Part shown: positions 10,819-22,200 of the stretch, one piece after another | How positions within the stretch are numbered: position 1 is the stretch's first letter | Layout of the letters: every line of letters starts with the position of its first letter | NCBI GenBank assembly: GCA_043228905.1 | Contig: JBHGNT010000051.1 | Location: 114,669 to 178,668, forward strand | Source: Azolla caroliniana | Lineage: Eukaryota; Plantae; Polypodiophyta | Length of the DNA stretch: 64,000 nucleotides | Reading direction: 5' to 3' | The notes under the pieces: generated by a model | Seen by the model: only the letters and a program-made list of their open reading frames with translations | Databases searched by the model: none | What the model was told of the DNA's origin: nothing | Position numbers and translations under genes: made by a program

Positions 10819-10880
10819 CTATTTTGGCGACCACGATGGGATGATTCATGTGCATTGACAAGCAACGGGGTAACACCATT

Positions 10881-12210
10881 CTCCGATAATGTGCGCATCT
10901 CTTCCTCCATTGTGGCACGTCAGTTCACGTCTTTCGCCGCTTCTGCGTAACTCTCCGGCTCACGCACTTCCGTCACTCGCGTCATGTACGCATAATGGTG
11001 CGCCATGTACTCATTATACCCGTACCTCTTTACGGGGTTCTTCTAGCGGGTAGATCGGCATAATTCGTGATTACCTGATTTGGTGACCTTTTCGGCTACC
11101 GTCGACCTCTTCCGTAGAGGTTCCTTTTCAGTTTGCCCATAGTCAGACTCGCTCCGATCTGACTCGGCGCTGCCGAAGTCGTATTCCGGCATTTTCTTCT
11201 TGCCTTTTTCCTTGCACGTAAGTCGTCTCCTCGGCTTCCTGCAAGGGGAATGCACAACCGAGTCTCCACTACTCGTCGTCGCATCATCTGGTTGGTCATC
11301 TCGGCCCAACCCCTCATTCGGCCCGCTTAGCCGAAATGAGATCGGACTCTCTATCAGAGCTCCGATGTCCTCATCATGTGGAGGCATTTCAGCCTCACTG
11401 ACACCTCTGACACCTCTCTGCGTCTCTTCGGCTCGATCCGGCTTTGTCCGAATCGGCTTGCTTTTTCCAGCACTCGCTCTCCTTGTGGCCTTTCTTGCCA
11501 CAGTACCAGCAATCCGGCGTGGTCTTCTCTTGTCGTCTTCTAGCGCCGCCATGACTCCCCTTGCTTGCGGATGGTTCAGAATTGCTTCCGTCATCTCGAT
11601 TATGTTGTACTTGTCATCGGCGTGCACACTCGTCGACGCACCCGCGTGGTTTTCTTCTACGAGAAACATTGACTGAAGCTCGAAAAACGAAGGCGTAATC
11701 TCCCTCGTGCAGACTGTCATTCAGAAAGGTCCGAACTTTGACGCCAAGCCACCAAGACAAACCTGCACCATTTCATCTTCCTCAACGTTCACGTTGACGG
11801 AGGCGAGAGAGTCACAGATTTCTTTGATCTTGGTGGTGTAATCAGCCACTGACATATCTCTTTGTTGTACATTGCTGAGCTCCTCTCTGAGCTGCAGCTT
11901 CCTAGCCATTGTGTTGGCGGCGAAAATCTTTTTGAGATTCTCCCACACGTCCTTCGGAGTATTGGCATCCCGAATATAGCTCGAAAGCTTATTGCTCACA
12001 CAGGACACAAAGCAGTACAACACTCTGCTTCCGCTTGTTCCCAAGCCGGATAGTCTCTGTGTGTCGAGTCAAGTGCCACATCGTTTTCTCCTTCGACATA
12101 ACTCCAGTAGCCATGGCCAAGCAGGTACTGGTGCATCTTGTAAAACCAAGATGCGTAGTTGCTTCTGTCAAGCTTTTCAGTCGAAAGTGAGCTTCCCATT
12201 CCTCTGTCCA
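10881..12210 (-). pseudogene. gag: A1 gag joined directly to the IN-RT linker (protease and integrase deleted near 11400)
   Basis: MDRGMGSSLSTEKLDRSNYASW; the zinc-knuckle region abuts VSEAEMPP. The PR/IN sequence present in A2 and A3 is absent. Confidence 0.85.
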
Positions 12211-12315
12211 TAGTACTGTCTTTTTCTTCTCCGAAGGCGAACAACTTCAACTCTGTTTCATCACAAACTTTTCTTGTCGGCTGCAGAGGACTTCAACCCT
12301 CACGCTCTGATACCA

Positions 12316-12745
12316 TGTAAAAGAATACGTTGTGTGGAAGCCTGTGCGTAAACACGGAGTACACAGTTCAGAGGAATAAGACAGTTTGGTAAAACACAGA
12401 AAACATATAGATGGAGAGGGAGAGGGAGAGACAGAGACAGAGAGAGCAGACAACACAGTTCTATTTCAAAATAATGACCCTTAGTTCTGTACATACTTCT
12501 GCTCAGTGAGCACCTTATATACAAGCCCTGACAATCCGGCTGACACAAGTATTGACAGTACTTGACGCTCATAAATGAGCCACTACACTTACTCCCAAAA
12601 TTATTCCTTACGAGGAATATCTCTCTCGCGGCCTTTCGGTTTACGGACCGATACAGCCAGGTTGTGCGTACTATTTTACGCACCCAATCTACGCACTGGG
12701 TTACATTGCGTACTTCGCACCGAATGTTGAGCTTGTCTCTCAACA
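12316..12745 (-). repeat. A1 5' LTR
   Basis: PBS abuts the LTR with no spacer. Confidence 0.93.
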
Positions 12746-12750
12746 TTTGG

Positions 12751-13150
12751 TAATGGAGTCATCTCGTGGAAATTGAAACTTCAGGGGTGCAGTACTACAT
12801 CAACGACCGAGGCCGAATATGTAGCCGCATTTGATGCGACAAAAGAGGTCGTATGGCTTGGTCGGCTAGCTTGCATGTTTCGACAAGCCGAAATTGGCTC
12901 GACTCCGATTGTTTATAGCGACAGCCATGGTGTTGTCTCTTTGTTGAAAAATCCGGTTCATCACAAAGGCTCCAAGCATATCGACATTCGATATCATTTC
13001 GTCTGGGACTGCGTCATCTCAGGGAAAATCGGCATTGAGAAGATACCTATAGCTAATAATGTCGTAGACGCCTTGACCAAGTGTCTTTTAGTAGATCAAT
13101 TTCGATCTCTTAGGCAACACATGGGCGTAATGGAGAATCAGTTCGATTAA
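12751..13150 (+). pseudogene. pol: D1 RNase H C-terminus
   Basis: STTEAEYVAA..YSDS..KHIDIRYHFV..DALTK. Confidence 0.9.
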
Positions 13151-13187
13151 ATCGAACACTGCGATACTTTTCGAACACCAAACTTCG

Positions 13188-13584
13188 TGACGCTCAATAT
13201 GCAGAATATTACTCGGCCACAACCGAGTCTCAGATCGTGTCGTTTCGAATCGAACACCGAGAATAGGAATGGAGGTGAATACACGTACACACAGACAATA
13301 TGAGAGAGGGTACACAGTATGTTAACGTGGAAAACCTTGAGAGGGAAAAACCAATAACTCTATACAACTAATAACAACACACATTGTTTGCCCTAGGTCA
13401 TATTTATACTAATATGACTTTCGGGCTATTTACAAATATAGCCCCAGTGGGCACCCTGGAACATATTTACATATATGTCCCTTCATCCGATGAGAGGTTC
13501 TCACCGGGCCTGCAACATCTGATTCTCACCGAGCCTTCATTGCCAGGTACTCATATCCCATCCGGAGGGACCGAAATCCTAACA
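13188..13584 (-). repeat. C1 3' LTR with a deletion of ~150 bp
   Basis: Relative to 26852-27397 it lacks the segment between two ACCA microhomologies. Confidence 0.9.
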
Positions 13585-13594
13585 AACTCCCCCT

Positions 13595-14712
13595 TCACTC
13601 CGGCATGGGATGTCTGGTTAGTGCAATTCACTTCCGGCATGTGTCCAGCTTGTCGGACGTCAGCACCTTGGTCAGCAGATCTGACCCATTCTCCTCCGTG
13701 TGGATCTTCGTCAACACAAACTCTCGATCTTCCACTCGCTCCCAAATCCAGTGGTACCTGCGATGGATGTGCTTTGTCCTGGAATGATAGACAGTGTTCT
13801 TTGCAAGGTGGATGGCACTCTGACTGTCGCAGTAGAGCCGGTATTCCTCTTGTTGGATCCCTAGCTCTCCGATCAAGTCCTTCATCCACAGTATTTCCTT
13901 GCCGGCTTCCACAGCTGCCATGTACTCCGCCTCTTCTGCAACCTCGACTGCCACGAAACCACTCCCCCTACATATGTCATAACATATCCTGATGTTGACC
14001 GGTTGGTATCCACATCAGCCGACATATCCGAATCGGTGAAACCGTCAACTTTGGGTTTACCGGAGCCGAATCTGAGACACATACTTGAGGTGCCTTTCAA
14101 GTATCAGAGTATCCATTTTACCGCATTCCAGTGCTCCTTGCCAAGATAGCTCATAAACTGGCTCAGCACTCCGACTACGTATCCGATATCCAATCGGGTA
14201 CACACCATTGCGTACATTAAGCTCCTGACGGTAGAGTCATATGGTATCTTCATCATATCTGCCTTCTCTGTCTTCGTCTTTTGGATTTGCTTACCGGATA
14301 ACCTATAGTTTGCCGGGAGTGTCGATCCGTTGAACCATTGAAGCACCTTTGTCACATACTTCTCCTATGACAGCCACAATTGCTTCTTTGACCGGTCCCG
14401 GATGATATGCATCCCTAGTACCTATCTTGCCGGACCCAAGTCTTTCATTGAGAAGGTCCAGTTCAGAGCCTTCTTCAGCGTTCGTATCTTGACTTGGTCT
14501 CGTCCAACGATCAACATGTCATCCATGTACAGGAGGAATATCAAGAAGTCTCCACCTTCAAACTTCTTCACAAACATGCAGTAATCGGCCTGCGTCTTGT
14601 GGTATCCTTGATCCATCATGAAGGAGTCAAACTTCCGGTACCATTGTAGGGGAGCCTGCTTCAAACCGTAGAGGCTCTTCTTCAACCAGTACACCAGGTG
14701 CTCCTTCCCTTT
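13595..14712 (-). pseudogene. pol: C1 RT/RNase H remnant
   Basis: [39 protein letters not shown] across several frames. Confidence 0.9.
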
Positions 14713-15107
14713 TGTAAAAAGTAGCGTGCGGAAGCAAGTATGAAGACCGAACAGAAGGAAGGAAAAACAGGTTCAATGGAGAGCTTGAGCTTAAGCGGTA
14801 TATGCGGGAGAGACAGAGAGAGTGAGAGAGAAGACACAAAAAACTATATTCAACAATAATACTCAGTCTGTACATAAGACGTGCTTAGTGAGCACTTTTA
14901 TACAAGTCGTAAAAGGACTGACCGAAGTACTGACAGTACTTCAATGCTCATCAAGAGCTCCTACACTAACTCCCAAATATATTCCTCACGGAATATCATT
15001 CCTAACGACCTCCCGGTTTACGCACTCGGCCTAACCGATCGGTCCCAACCGATCCGGTCCTCGGCTTCTTCAGCCGATCCGGCCGATGTTGAGCTTGTCT
15101 CTCAACA
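14713..15107 (-). repeat. A2 3' LTR
   Basis: Direct repeat of 23535-23929. Confidence 0.96.
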
Positions 15108-15760
15108 CTCCCCCTCAAGCTCAACTCCAGGCTATTCGGGATCCTCGGGCTCACAGCTCCGGTTCCTCCTGGCTTCACTCCTCACTCGCGCTCCTCGACC
15201 TGTTCGACTCTGCGCGCTTCGATCCTTCCGGTCGGCTTGTCTGCTCATGCGGCCCTTATCAGCTCTTCTGCTGTTGCAGTGTTGACGTTTCTCCTACTGC
15301 CTTTTCTTCCGCTTGGGCCTCGGTTGATTCAGCGTGTCTGAATCAAACATCCGAACCGACTCGGCTACCTCTGATCGGTTTTCGCTCTCGTCCGAGTTGG
15401 CTGTCTCCAACTCGTCTTCGGTATTCTCGCCCTCGATGGCGTCATCTCCCCTATGCGTGGTTGGCTTCGGCTCTTTCCTTCGGCTGCTCCCCTTCTGTCC
15501 ACTTTCGGACTTTTCTGTGGGTCCGCCCTCGGCTTCTTCAGCCGATCCGAAGTCGAACTCGACAGACGAGTCAACCGACTCGGTGGTGTCGCGGTCTCCG
15601 CTCCTTTCCTGCTGCCTTGCTTGGTCGTTCGGGACTGTTCTCCCCCTCAAGTTCGGCACGTCAAGGTGACGCAAACCGAGCGCACCTGAGAAGTGCCGCA
15701 ACTTGTCCAAACCAAGAGGCTTTGTGAAGATGTCGGCAGTCTGCCGATCCGTCGGCACGT

Positions 15761-16489
15761 TGTCGTGCCTTTCGGCTCCGGATCGTTTGCGTGAGTCGGG
15801 TGGGAACCACTGGGGTTTTGGACTAGGAAGAGGAGAGTTTTAAGGCTAATAAGAATATAAATATGTTGTAAGAAAGAGTTATAGCAAACTCGTGAATCCC
15901 ACGAGTGTATTGTATTAGATTAATCAATATGAATATAAGAATATAAACTTCGGTTGAAAGAGAATGATATAGAATTCTCGTGAATCCCACGAGTATAGTT
16001 TATTAATTGGTGTTTTTTAGAAACATATCTAGTTTCCAAATATTTTTCACACACAATTACATTGTGCTCCCCATCCTTATGTAGTGATGAGGAAGTCTTA
16101 GTAATCCATGCTTTTTCTCTAACTATAGACCCCATGCTTTTCCTATAGATAGACTATATGCTTTATCTAAAGTGATCATGCTTTTTTCTAACTTGTGCGT
16201 TTTTTATCATGCACGCTAGATGTGTATGTGTAGCTTTTTCTTTTGTTATGCGTTTTTCTAATGTTTATCCTAGCGTGAATTTACCTTTCTATGTGGGACA
16301 TCTATGCTTTAACACTAATGAAATGCTAGTGTAATGGTAAGACATTACATTATTAACATGGAGGTGCAAGGTTCGAATCTTGCCCTATGCATGTTCCATT
16401 TATTTTGCTATTTTCTTCTATTTCTTCATTTTTTATTGAATCTAATACTATATACGTTTTTCACGTAGTGTACAAAATACACTACGACA
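15761..16489 (-). repeat. F1 3' LTR
   Basis: TGTCGT..ACGACA termini; direct repeat of 18551-19279. Confidence 0.96.
16327..16383 (+). promoter_or_regulatory. tRNA-like Pol III A-box/B-box module in the F1 LTR (second copy 19117-19173)
   Basis: TAGTGTAATGG and GGTTCGAATCT start 43 nt apart; hairpin GCAAG-GTTCGAAT-CTTGC. Confidence 0.55.
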
Positions 16490-16490
16490 C

Positions 16491-18512
16491 TCACCCCCTC
16501 CAAACCCGCACATCCTCCGGTATGTGCCGAAGTTGTTGGTGTTTGTTAGTCTCCTCCGTCCGGTCTCTACCCGATTGGTTTCGTTGCCGGCTCGTAGTAC
16601 CCTCGACTTCTCTTGTTATGTTGACTTTGTCTCTCCATTTGGAGCACATCCATTCTTTCCACCCGAACCATTGTCGACATCCGATCCACCATAGTCTTCG
16701 TTCGCTTTTTGCATGGCCCGCTTGGTCCTTGTCATCCGCGGTAGTATCTTTTCTTGCCCTCTTTCTTTTCTTCATCAATCTCGACTTCTTTTCGGATTTT
16801 CGGTTTAGTCGGATTAGCTTACTTCCGATTCGGTCTCGTCGGATCGTCTTTCGTTTAGTTCGGCTTCCTTTCCGATTTGTATTCGGTCGATCCGGACTCG
16901 GTTGATCGGTTTTTACCGATTCAGTGCTCTTTCGGGTCGGTTTCTTTTCTTTTCTTTTCGTCCGGATTTGCTTTCTTTTCTTCGTTTTCACCTGCCTTGT
17001 TTGGTTCGACTTTCGGCACTTCTTTCCGTTGTTCGCCACGTAGGTCCTCCGATATGTGCTCGTTGTTCGGTCCTCGTGTGGTTGTAATGCATGCTTCTTT
17101 TCTCGCCGTAGCGCGTGCTTCTTTATTCGCCATAACACGCGTTTCTTTATTCGCCGTAGAGCGTGCTCTGTATTACGCGCTTCTCCCGTCGTAGACCCGA
17201 CCTCCGCATTGTCGCACTTTCTTTTAGATTGGAATTTCGGATGGATCATTTTCCATCCGAACCGACTTCCGACTTTACCTTCCTCACCGCCATCTCCCGT
17301 CTCTCCGGTCTCACGTTGGTTCTCGGACACAACCGCCGAAGTCTCTAGATATTGTTGGCATGAATCCTCGGTATTACCTTCTTTCGTAGTTTCACCCTTA
17401 GCATTCTTCTCGGCTATCTCTTCATCGTATTCGTCGGCTTCGACATTTGTTTTCTCTCCGCCACCTTCCGTCTCTTCGGTCTCACGTTGCCTTTCGATCG
17501 CAACCGCCGGAGTCTCTGGAATCAGTGGTGGGGAAGTCTCGATATGGCAATCCGCCATTGATTCGTCCATAGCCACCTCCGATTCGATTTCGTCTTTTGT
17601 GGCTACCTCCTTAATCACATCCGCTTCACACTCTTTATCTGCATCAATTGTGCAAACATCTATTATGCTTACCCCTTTTTGACCCGATGTCTCGGGCACT
17701 TGTATCCCGAAATTTCCTTCTACACTTGAATTATCGGCCTTATCCTTCGCCATCGTTCTTTCACAAGACGAGTGGGTGTCTTGTTCCACTCTTTCTCCCA
17801 TGGTACCATCATGTTGTATTTCGGCCTTCATATTGGCTTCATCGTTTTTCCTCAATCGACCATCCTTCATGGGCCATGTCGTTGTTGACGAGATTCTCAG
17901 CTTCCTTTCATCATGTCTTCGGCATACCCTTTCGACTTTGGCCCAATCCTCGGTAAGGCCGTTCGCACCGTCATCATCTTCGAGTTCGATCCCAATGTCC
18001 ATCCTTTCTTTCCGATCAATCGATCTTACGAACATTAAGACTTTATCTCCTCCCACCAATCTTCGTTCCCGCTCCGAGAGTCGAGCAAAACGATGCTCGA
18101 ACTCTAGGAACGCTTGCGTTGCACTTCGGTGAGTCTTCTCCGACGCCACCCATTCGTCGAATTCTCGTCGATCTCGTCCTGTCCATCTCTCATAGTCATA
18201 TGCCTCCCGTAAAGCTTCTTCAAAGGACTCCCATGTCGAGTTTTGTTGTTGTATCTTGTGGATTCTCTCTTGTAGTTCGTCTGAGGCCACCCGACTAAAG
18301 GATATCACTTGCAATCCTTCCGGTATCCGATATTGCATCATCTCCGCCTTATATTCACGTAGGTAGCGTGACACACCCTTACCGTTGAATTCCCCGTTTC
18401 GTCGCAGAAGCCGCTCTACTGCCGCCTTCATCTCCGACATCGCACGTTGTTCTTGTTGCATCCGCTCAAACATTATCATCATCATGTTCATCGCCTCTTG
18501 TTGATTCTCCAT
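16491..18512 (-). CDS. gag: F1 single ORF: Gag-like N-terminus plus acidic then basic low-complexity tail, no pol
   Basis: GEFNGKGVSRYLREYKAEM and ELEDDDGANGLTEDW are homologous to the E1, G1 and G2 gags; the frame is open from PBS to PPT. Confidence 0.85.
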   Translation of the reverse strand: MENQQEAMNMMMIMFERMQQEQRAMSEMKAAVERLLRRNGEFNGKGVSRYLREYKAEMMQYRIPEGLQVISFSRVASDELQERIHKIQQQNSTWESFEEALREAYDYERWTGRDRREFDEWVASEKTHRSATQAFLEFEHRFARLSERERRLVGGDKVLMFVRSIDRKERMDIGIELEDDDGANGLTEDWAKVERVCRRHDERKLRISSTTTWPMKDGRLRKNDEANMKAEIQHDGTMGERVEQDTHSSCERTMAKDKADNSSVEGNFGIQVPETSGQKGVSIIDVCTIDADKECEADVIKEVATKDEIESEVAMDESMADCHIETSPPLIPETPAVAIERQRETEETEGGGEKTNVEADEYDEEIAEKNAKGETTKEGNTEDSCQQYLETSAVVSENQRETGETGDGGEEGKVGSRFGWKMIHPKFQSKRKCDNAEVGSTTGEARNTEHALRRIKKRVLWRIKKHALRREKKHALQPHEDRTTSTYRRTYVANNGKKCRKSNQTRQVKTKKRKQIRTKRKEKKPTRKSTESVKTDQPSPDRPNTNRKGSRTKRKTIRRDRIGSKLIRLNRKSEKKSRLMKKRKRARKDTTADDKDQAGHAKSERRLWWIGCRQWFGWKEWMCSKWRDKVNITREVEGTTSRQRNQSGRDRTEETNKHQQLRHIPEDVRVWRG

Positions 18513-18528
18513 CTCCTTGCCACCCGTC

Positions 18529-18546
18529 TTCACGTCGGGTTCACCA
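18529..18546 (-). other. PBS complementary to the tRNA-Trp 3' end
   Basis: TGGTGAACCCGACGTGAA, 4 nt from the LTR; the same 18-mer occurs at 40385, 51800 and 57891. Confidence 0.88.
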
Positions 18547-18550
18547 ACTG

Positions 18551-19279
18551 TGTCGTGCCTTTCGGCTCCGGATCGTTTGCGTGAGTCGGGTGGGAACCAC
18601 TGGGGTTTTGGACTAGGAAGAGGAGAGTTTTAAGGCTAATAAGAATATAAATATGTTGTAAGAAAGAGTTATAGCAAACTCGTGAATCCCACGAGTGTAT
18701 TGTATTAGATTAATCAATATGAATATAAGAATATAAACTTCGGTTGAAAGAGAATGATATAGAATTCTCGTGAATCCCACGAGTATAGTTTATTAATTGG
18801 TGTTTTTTAGAAACATATCTAGTTTCCAAATATTTTTCACACACAATTACATTGTGCTCCCCATCCTTATGTAGTGATGAGGAAGTCTTAGTAATCCATG
18901 CTTTTTCTCTAACTATAGACCCCATGCTTTTCCTATAGATAGACTATATGCTTTATCTAAAGTGATCATGCTTTTTTCTAACTTGTGCGTTTTTTATCAT
19001 GCACGCTAGATGTGTATGTGTAGCTTTTTCTTTTGTTATGCGTTTTTCTAATGTTTATCCTAGCGTGAATTTACCTTTCTATGTGGGACATCTATGCTTT
19101 AACACTAATGAAATGCTAGTGTAATGGTAAGACATTACATTATTAACATGGAGGTGCAAGGTTTGAATCTTGCCCTATGCATGTTCCATTTATTTTGCTA
19201 TTTTCTTCTATTTCTTCATTTTTTATTGAATCTAATACTATATACGTTTTTCACGTAGTGTACAAAATACACTACGACA
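18551..19279 (-). repeat. F1 5' LTR
   Basis: Direct repeat of 15761-16489. Confidence 0.96.
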
Positions 19280-19283
19280 ACGT

Positions 19284-22200
19284 ACTGAAGTTTGACTTCA
19301 CCGGAAAGGACACGCTCACGGACGAAATGGTAGTGCACCTCAATGTGCTTGGTCCGTGCATGGAAAACGGGGTTTTTCGCGAGCTGGATGCTGCTGAGGT
19401 TGTCGCAGTAGATCGTCGTCGGATCGGACCCCTCCTCTTGCAGGTCCTTAAGTAGCCGCTTCAACCATATGGCTTCGCATGTCGCGACAGCCGCTCCTCG
19501 GTACTCAACTTCGGTGCTCGACAGTGCAACTGTCGACTACTTCTTACTGCTCCACGCGATCGCGGCACTCCCGAGGGAGAACGCGTATCCGGACGTGGAT
19601 CGGCAATCGGCGGCGTTGCCAACCCAATCAGCATCGGTGTAGCCGACTAACTGCGCGGCCGCACCGGTCCGATATAGCAGTCCCCGGTCCTTAGTGCCGT
19701 TGACATACCGAAGTATGCGTTGCGCACACTGAAGGTGCTCCTCGGTAGGTCGCGCCATGAACTGACTGATCACCCCGACCGGATAACTGAGGTCGGGTCG
19801 GGTGATGGTCAAGTATATGAGGCTTCCGACAATTTGTCGAAACCTCGTCAGGTCGCATACCTTTCCAGTATCGGGACGAAGCTTGACGGTTCTGTCCAGA
19901 GGAGTCGAGACGGACTTACAGTCGGCCATCCCGAATTTGAAGAGCATACTCAGCACGTAATGACGTTGGCTGATCAATATGCCTTCGGGGGTACGGATCA
20001 CTTCGATCCCGAGGAAGTAATGAAGGTCCCCCAGATCCTTCATGTCGAACGATGCCGCAAGCTGGAGCTTCACGCGGTCGATTTCACCTAGGTCAGCGCC
20101 GGTGATGACCAAGTCATCAACATATAGTAGAATACTAACCGGTCCGAGTCGACCTTTCCGGATGAACAGGGAAGAGTCTGATTTTGACGTGACGAAGCCC
20201 ATCCGACGCAGTTGTTGCGTGATCTTTGCGTTCCAGGCACGCGGGGCTTGCTTCAGTCCGTAAAGGGACTTCTTCAGTCGGCATACTGCCGAGGAGTTTG
20301 TTCCGGAGTGAAATCCGGGGGGTTGTACCATGTACACTTGTTCCTCAAGGTCACCTTGCAGGAACGCATTCTTTACATCCATTTGATGTAGGTGCCACCC
20401 CTTCGCCGCAGCTACTGCCAGCAAAACACAGACGGTCGTCATTTTCGCGACCGGCGCAAACGTCTCATCGTAGTCAATGTCGTGTTTCTGCGCATAGCCC
20501 TTTGCCACTAGCCGAGCCTTGTACTGGTTGACCAAGCCATCGGTGTTGTACTTGACCTTGTACACCCACCTACACCCGATCGGCTTCACACCCTTCGGTG
20601 CGTCAACCAAGTCCCAGGTCTCGTTCTCTGCCAATTCTTGCATCTCTTCCTCCATCGCGGCACGCCAATTCGCGTCTTTAGCCGCTTCTGCGTAGCTCTC
20701 TGGCTCACGCACTTCCGCTACACGGGTCATGTACGCATAATGATGCGCCATGTACTCATTGTATCCGAACCGCACAACTGGGTTCTTTTGGCGGGTAGAT
20801 CGGCGTAATCTCACATTAGCCGATGTCGAGGCCTTCTCGGTCGACGCGGTCTTCATCTTTAAAGACCTGTCACCGGTTCCCTCGGAGTCGAACTCGTGTC
20901 AGTCTGACTCGTTCCTTTCCGTGCCGGAATCCGACACCTTCTTCTTCCCTTTCTCTTTGCGCGTAAGCCGTCTCCTCGGCTTCCTGCGCGGGGAATGCAC
21001 GGACGAGTCTCCACTACTCACCGGCTCTTCATCGGACTGGTCGTACCGACTCAGTCGTCCAATCGGTCCTCTTAACCGGAGTGAAATCGGACTCTCTTCG
21101 CGGGTCTCGATTTCGGGCTCATCTGGAGGCATCTCGGCCTCGCTGACCTCATCGTCAGAGCTCGGATTGGAGTCGAGGTTCGTAGTCGGGGGCAGGTACC
21201 AGGACGCGGACTCGTCAAACACAACGTTGCAGCTGACACGCGCTTGTTTGGTGCGAGGGTTATAGCACTTATAACCCTTCTGCTCATCCAAGTAACCAAC
21301 CAAGATGCATTTCTCGGCCTTTGCGTCCAGCTTCCTCCTTCTCTCCTTTGGTATATGCACATACGCAATGCTACCGAACACCCTCAAGTGTTGCAAGTTC
21401 GGCTTCGTTCCGAAATATAGCTCGTGCGCCGACACTTTGTCTCCGATCCGGTTCTGGATGTATACCGCGGTCCATACCGCCTCGGCCCAATAGAACTTGG
21501 GCAAGCTCTTCTCCTCCAGCATTGCCCGTGCCGCTTCCACAACTGACCGATTCTTTCTCTCGGCCACGCCGTTCTGCTCTGGCATGTATCTACAACTGAA
21601 TTCGCGACGAATTCCCATTTGTTGTAGGTAACCATTGAATTGACCGGAAAAGTACTCTTTCCCGCCATCCGACCATAGGCACTTGATCTTTCGTCCCGTT
21701 TCAGTTTCCGCGAACCCTTTGAGGTCCCGGAAATAGTCGAAGACTTCGCTCTTCCTCTCAATGAGGTAGATCCACGTGTGCCGCGTGTGGTCGTCGATGA
21801 AGGAGATGAAATATCGGCTCCCGCCAAGACTAACATTTTGTGCCGGCCCCCACACATCCGAGTGTATAAGGTCGAGCTTGTTCCGGCTCCGGTTTTGCTC
21901 GCTGGGGAAAGGAAGTCGGTGTTGCTTCCCGAGCTGGCAGGCTTCACAAATTTGTGCCTTTCGGCCACTAAACTTGGGCAATCCGAACACTACCTGTTTC
22001 GATTGCAGATCTTGAAGCCGCTGGTGGTTGACATGGCCTATCCACTTGTGCCACAAGTCGATGTCCGACTCGGTCTTTTGTCCCTTTGCGAATATTGCGG
22101 TGCCGCCGTCAGTGGAATCGAGGATGAACATCCTCCCGTCTCTGCGCCCTTGCGCGATCACACGGCCTTCTTCCTCAATGAAGCACCCGAGGTGTGTAAA

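Larger units (their letters stand above)
2539..10875 (-). mobile_element. X: non-autonomous tRNA-Arg-primed LTR element with a chimeric right end; hosts B1
   Basis: TSD CCATT at 2534-2538 and 10876-10880; termini TGTT..AACA. LTR 2539-2996 (TGTTGT..ACAACA) and a near-identical partial copy at 4988-5313. PBS TGGCGACCACA at 4972-4982(-). No pol motifs internally. Confidence 0.8.
400..12745 (-). mobile_element. A1: degenerate Ty1/Copia element (family A) with internal deletions; hosts X and B1
   Basis: LTRs 400-799 and 12316-12745 (TG..CA). TSD TTTGG at 395-399 and 12746-12750. PBS TGGTATCAGAGC at 12304-12315(-). PPT at 800-811(-). gag at about 12210-11450; RT/RH at about 2530-1320. Confidence 0.95.
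15761..19279 (-). mobile_element. F1: very young gag-only (non-autonomous) tRNA-Trp-primed LTR element
   Basis: 729-bp LTRs at 15761-16489 and 18551-19279, with one substitution seen. 4-bp TSD ACGT at 15757-15760 and 19280-19283. PBS TGGTGAACCCGACGTGAA at 18529-18546(-). Confidence 0.95.

Noticed and set aside
16320-16390. Possible functional tRNA gene
   Set aside because: No acceptor or anticodon stem; only A/B boxes and a T-arm-like hairpin, so it is reported as a tRNA-like module
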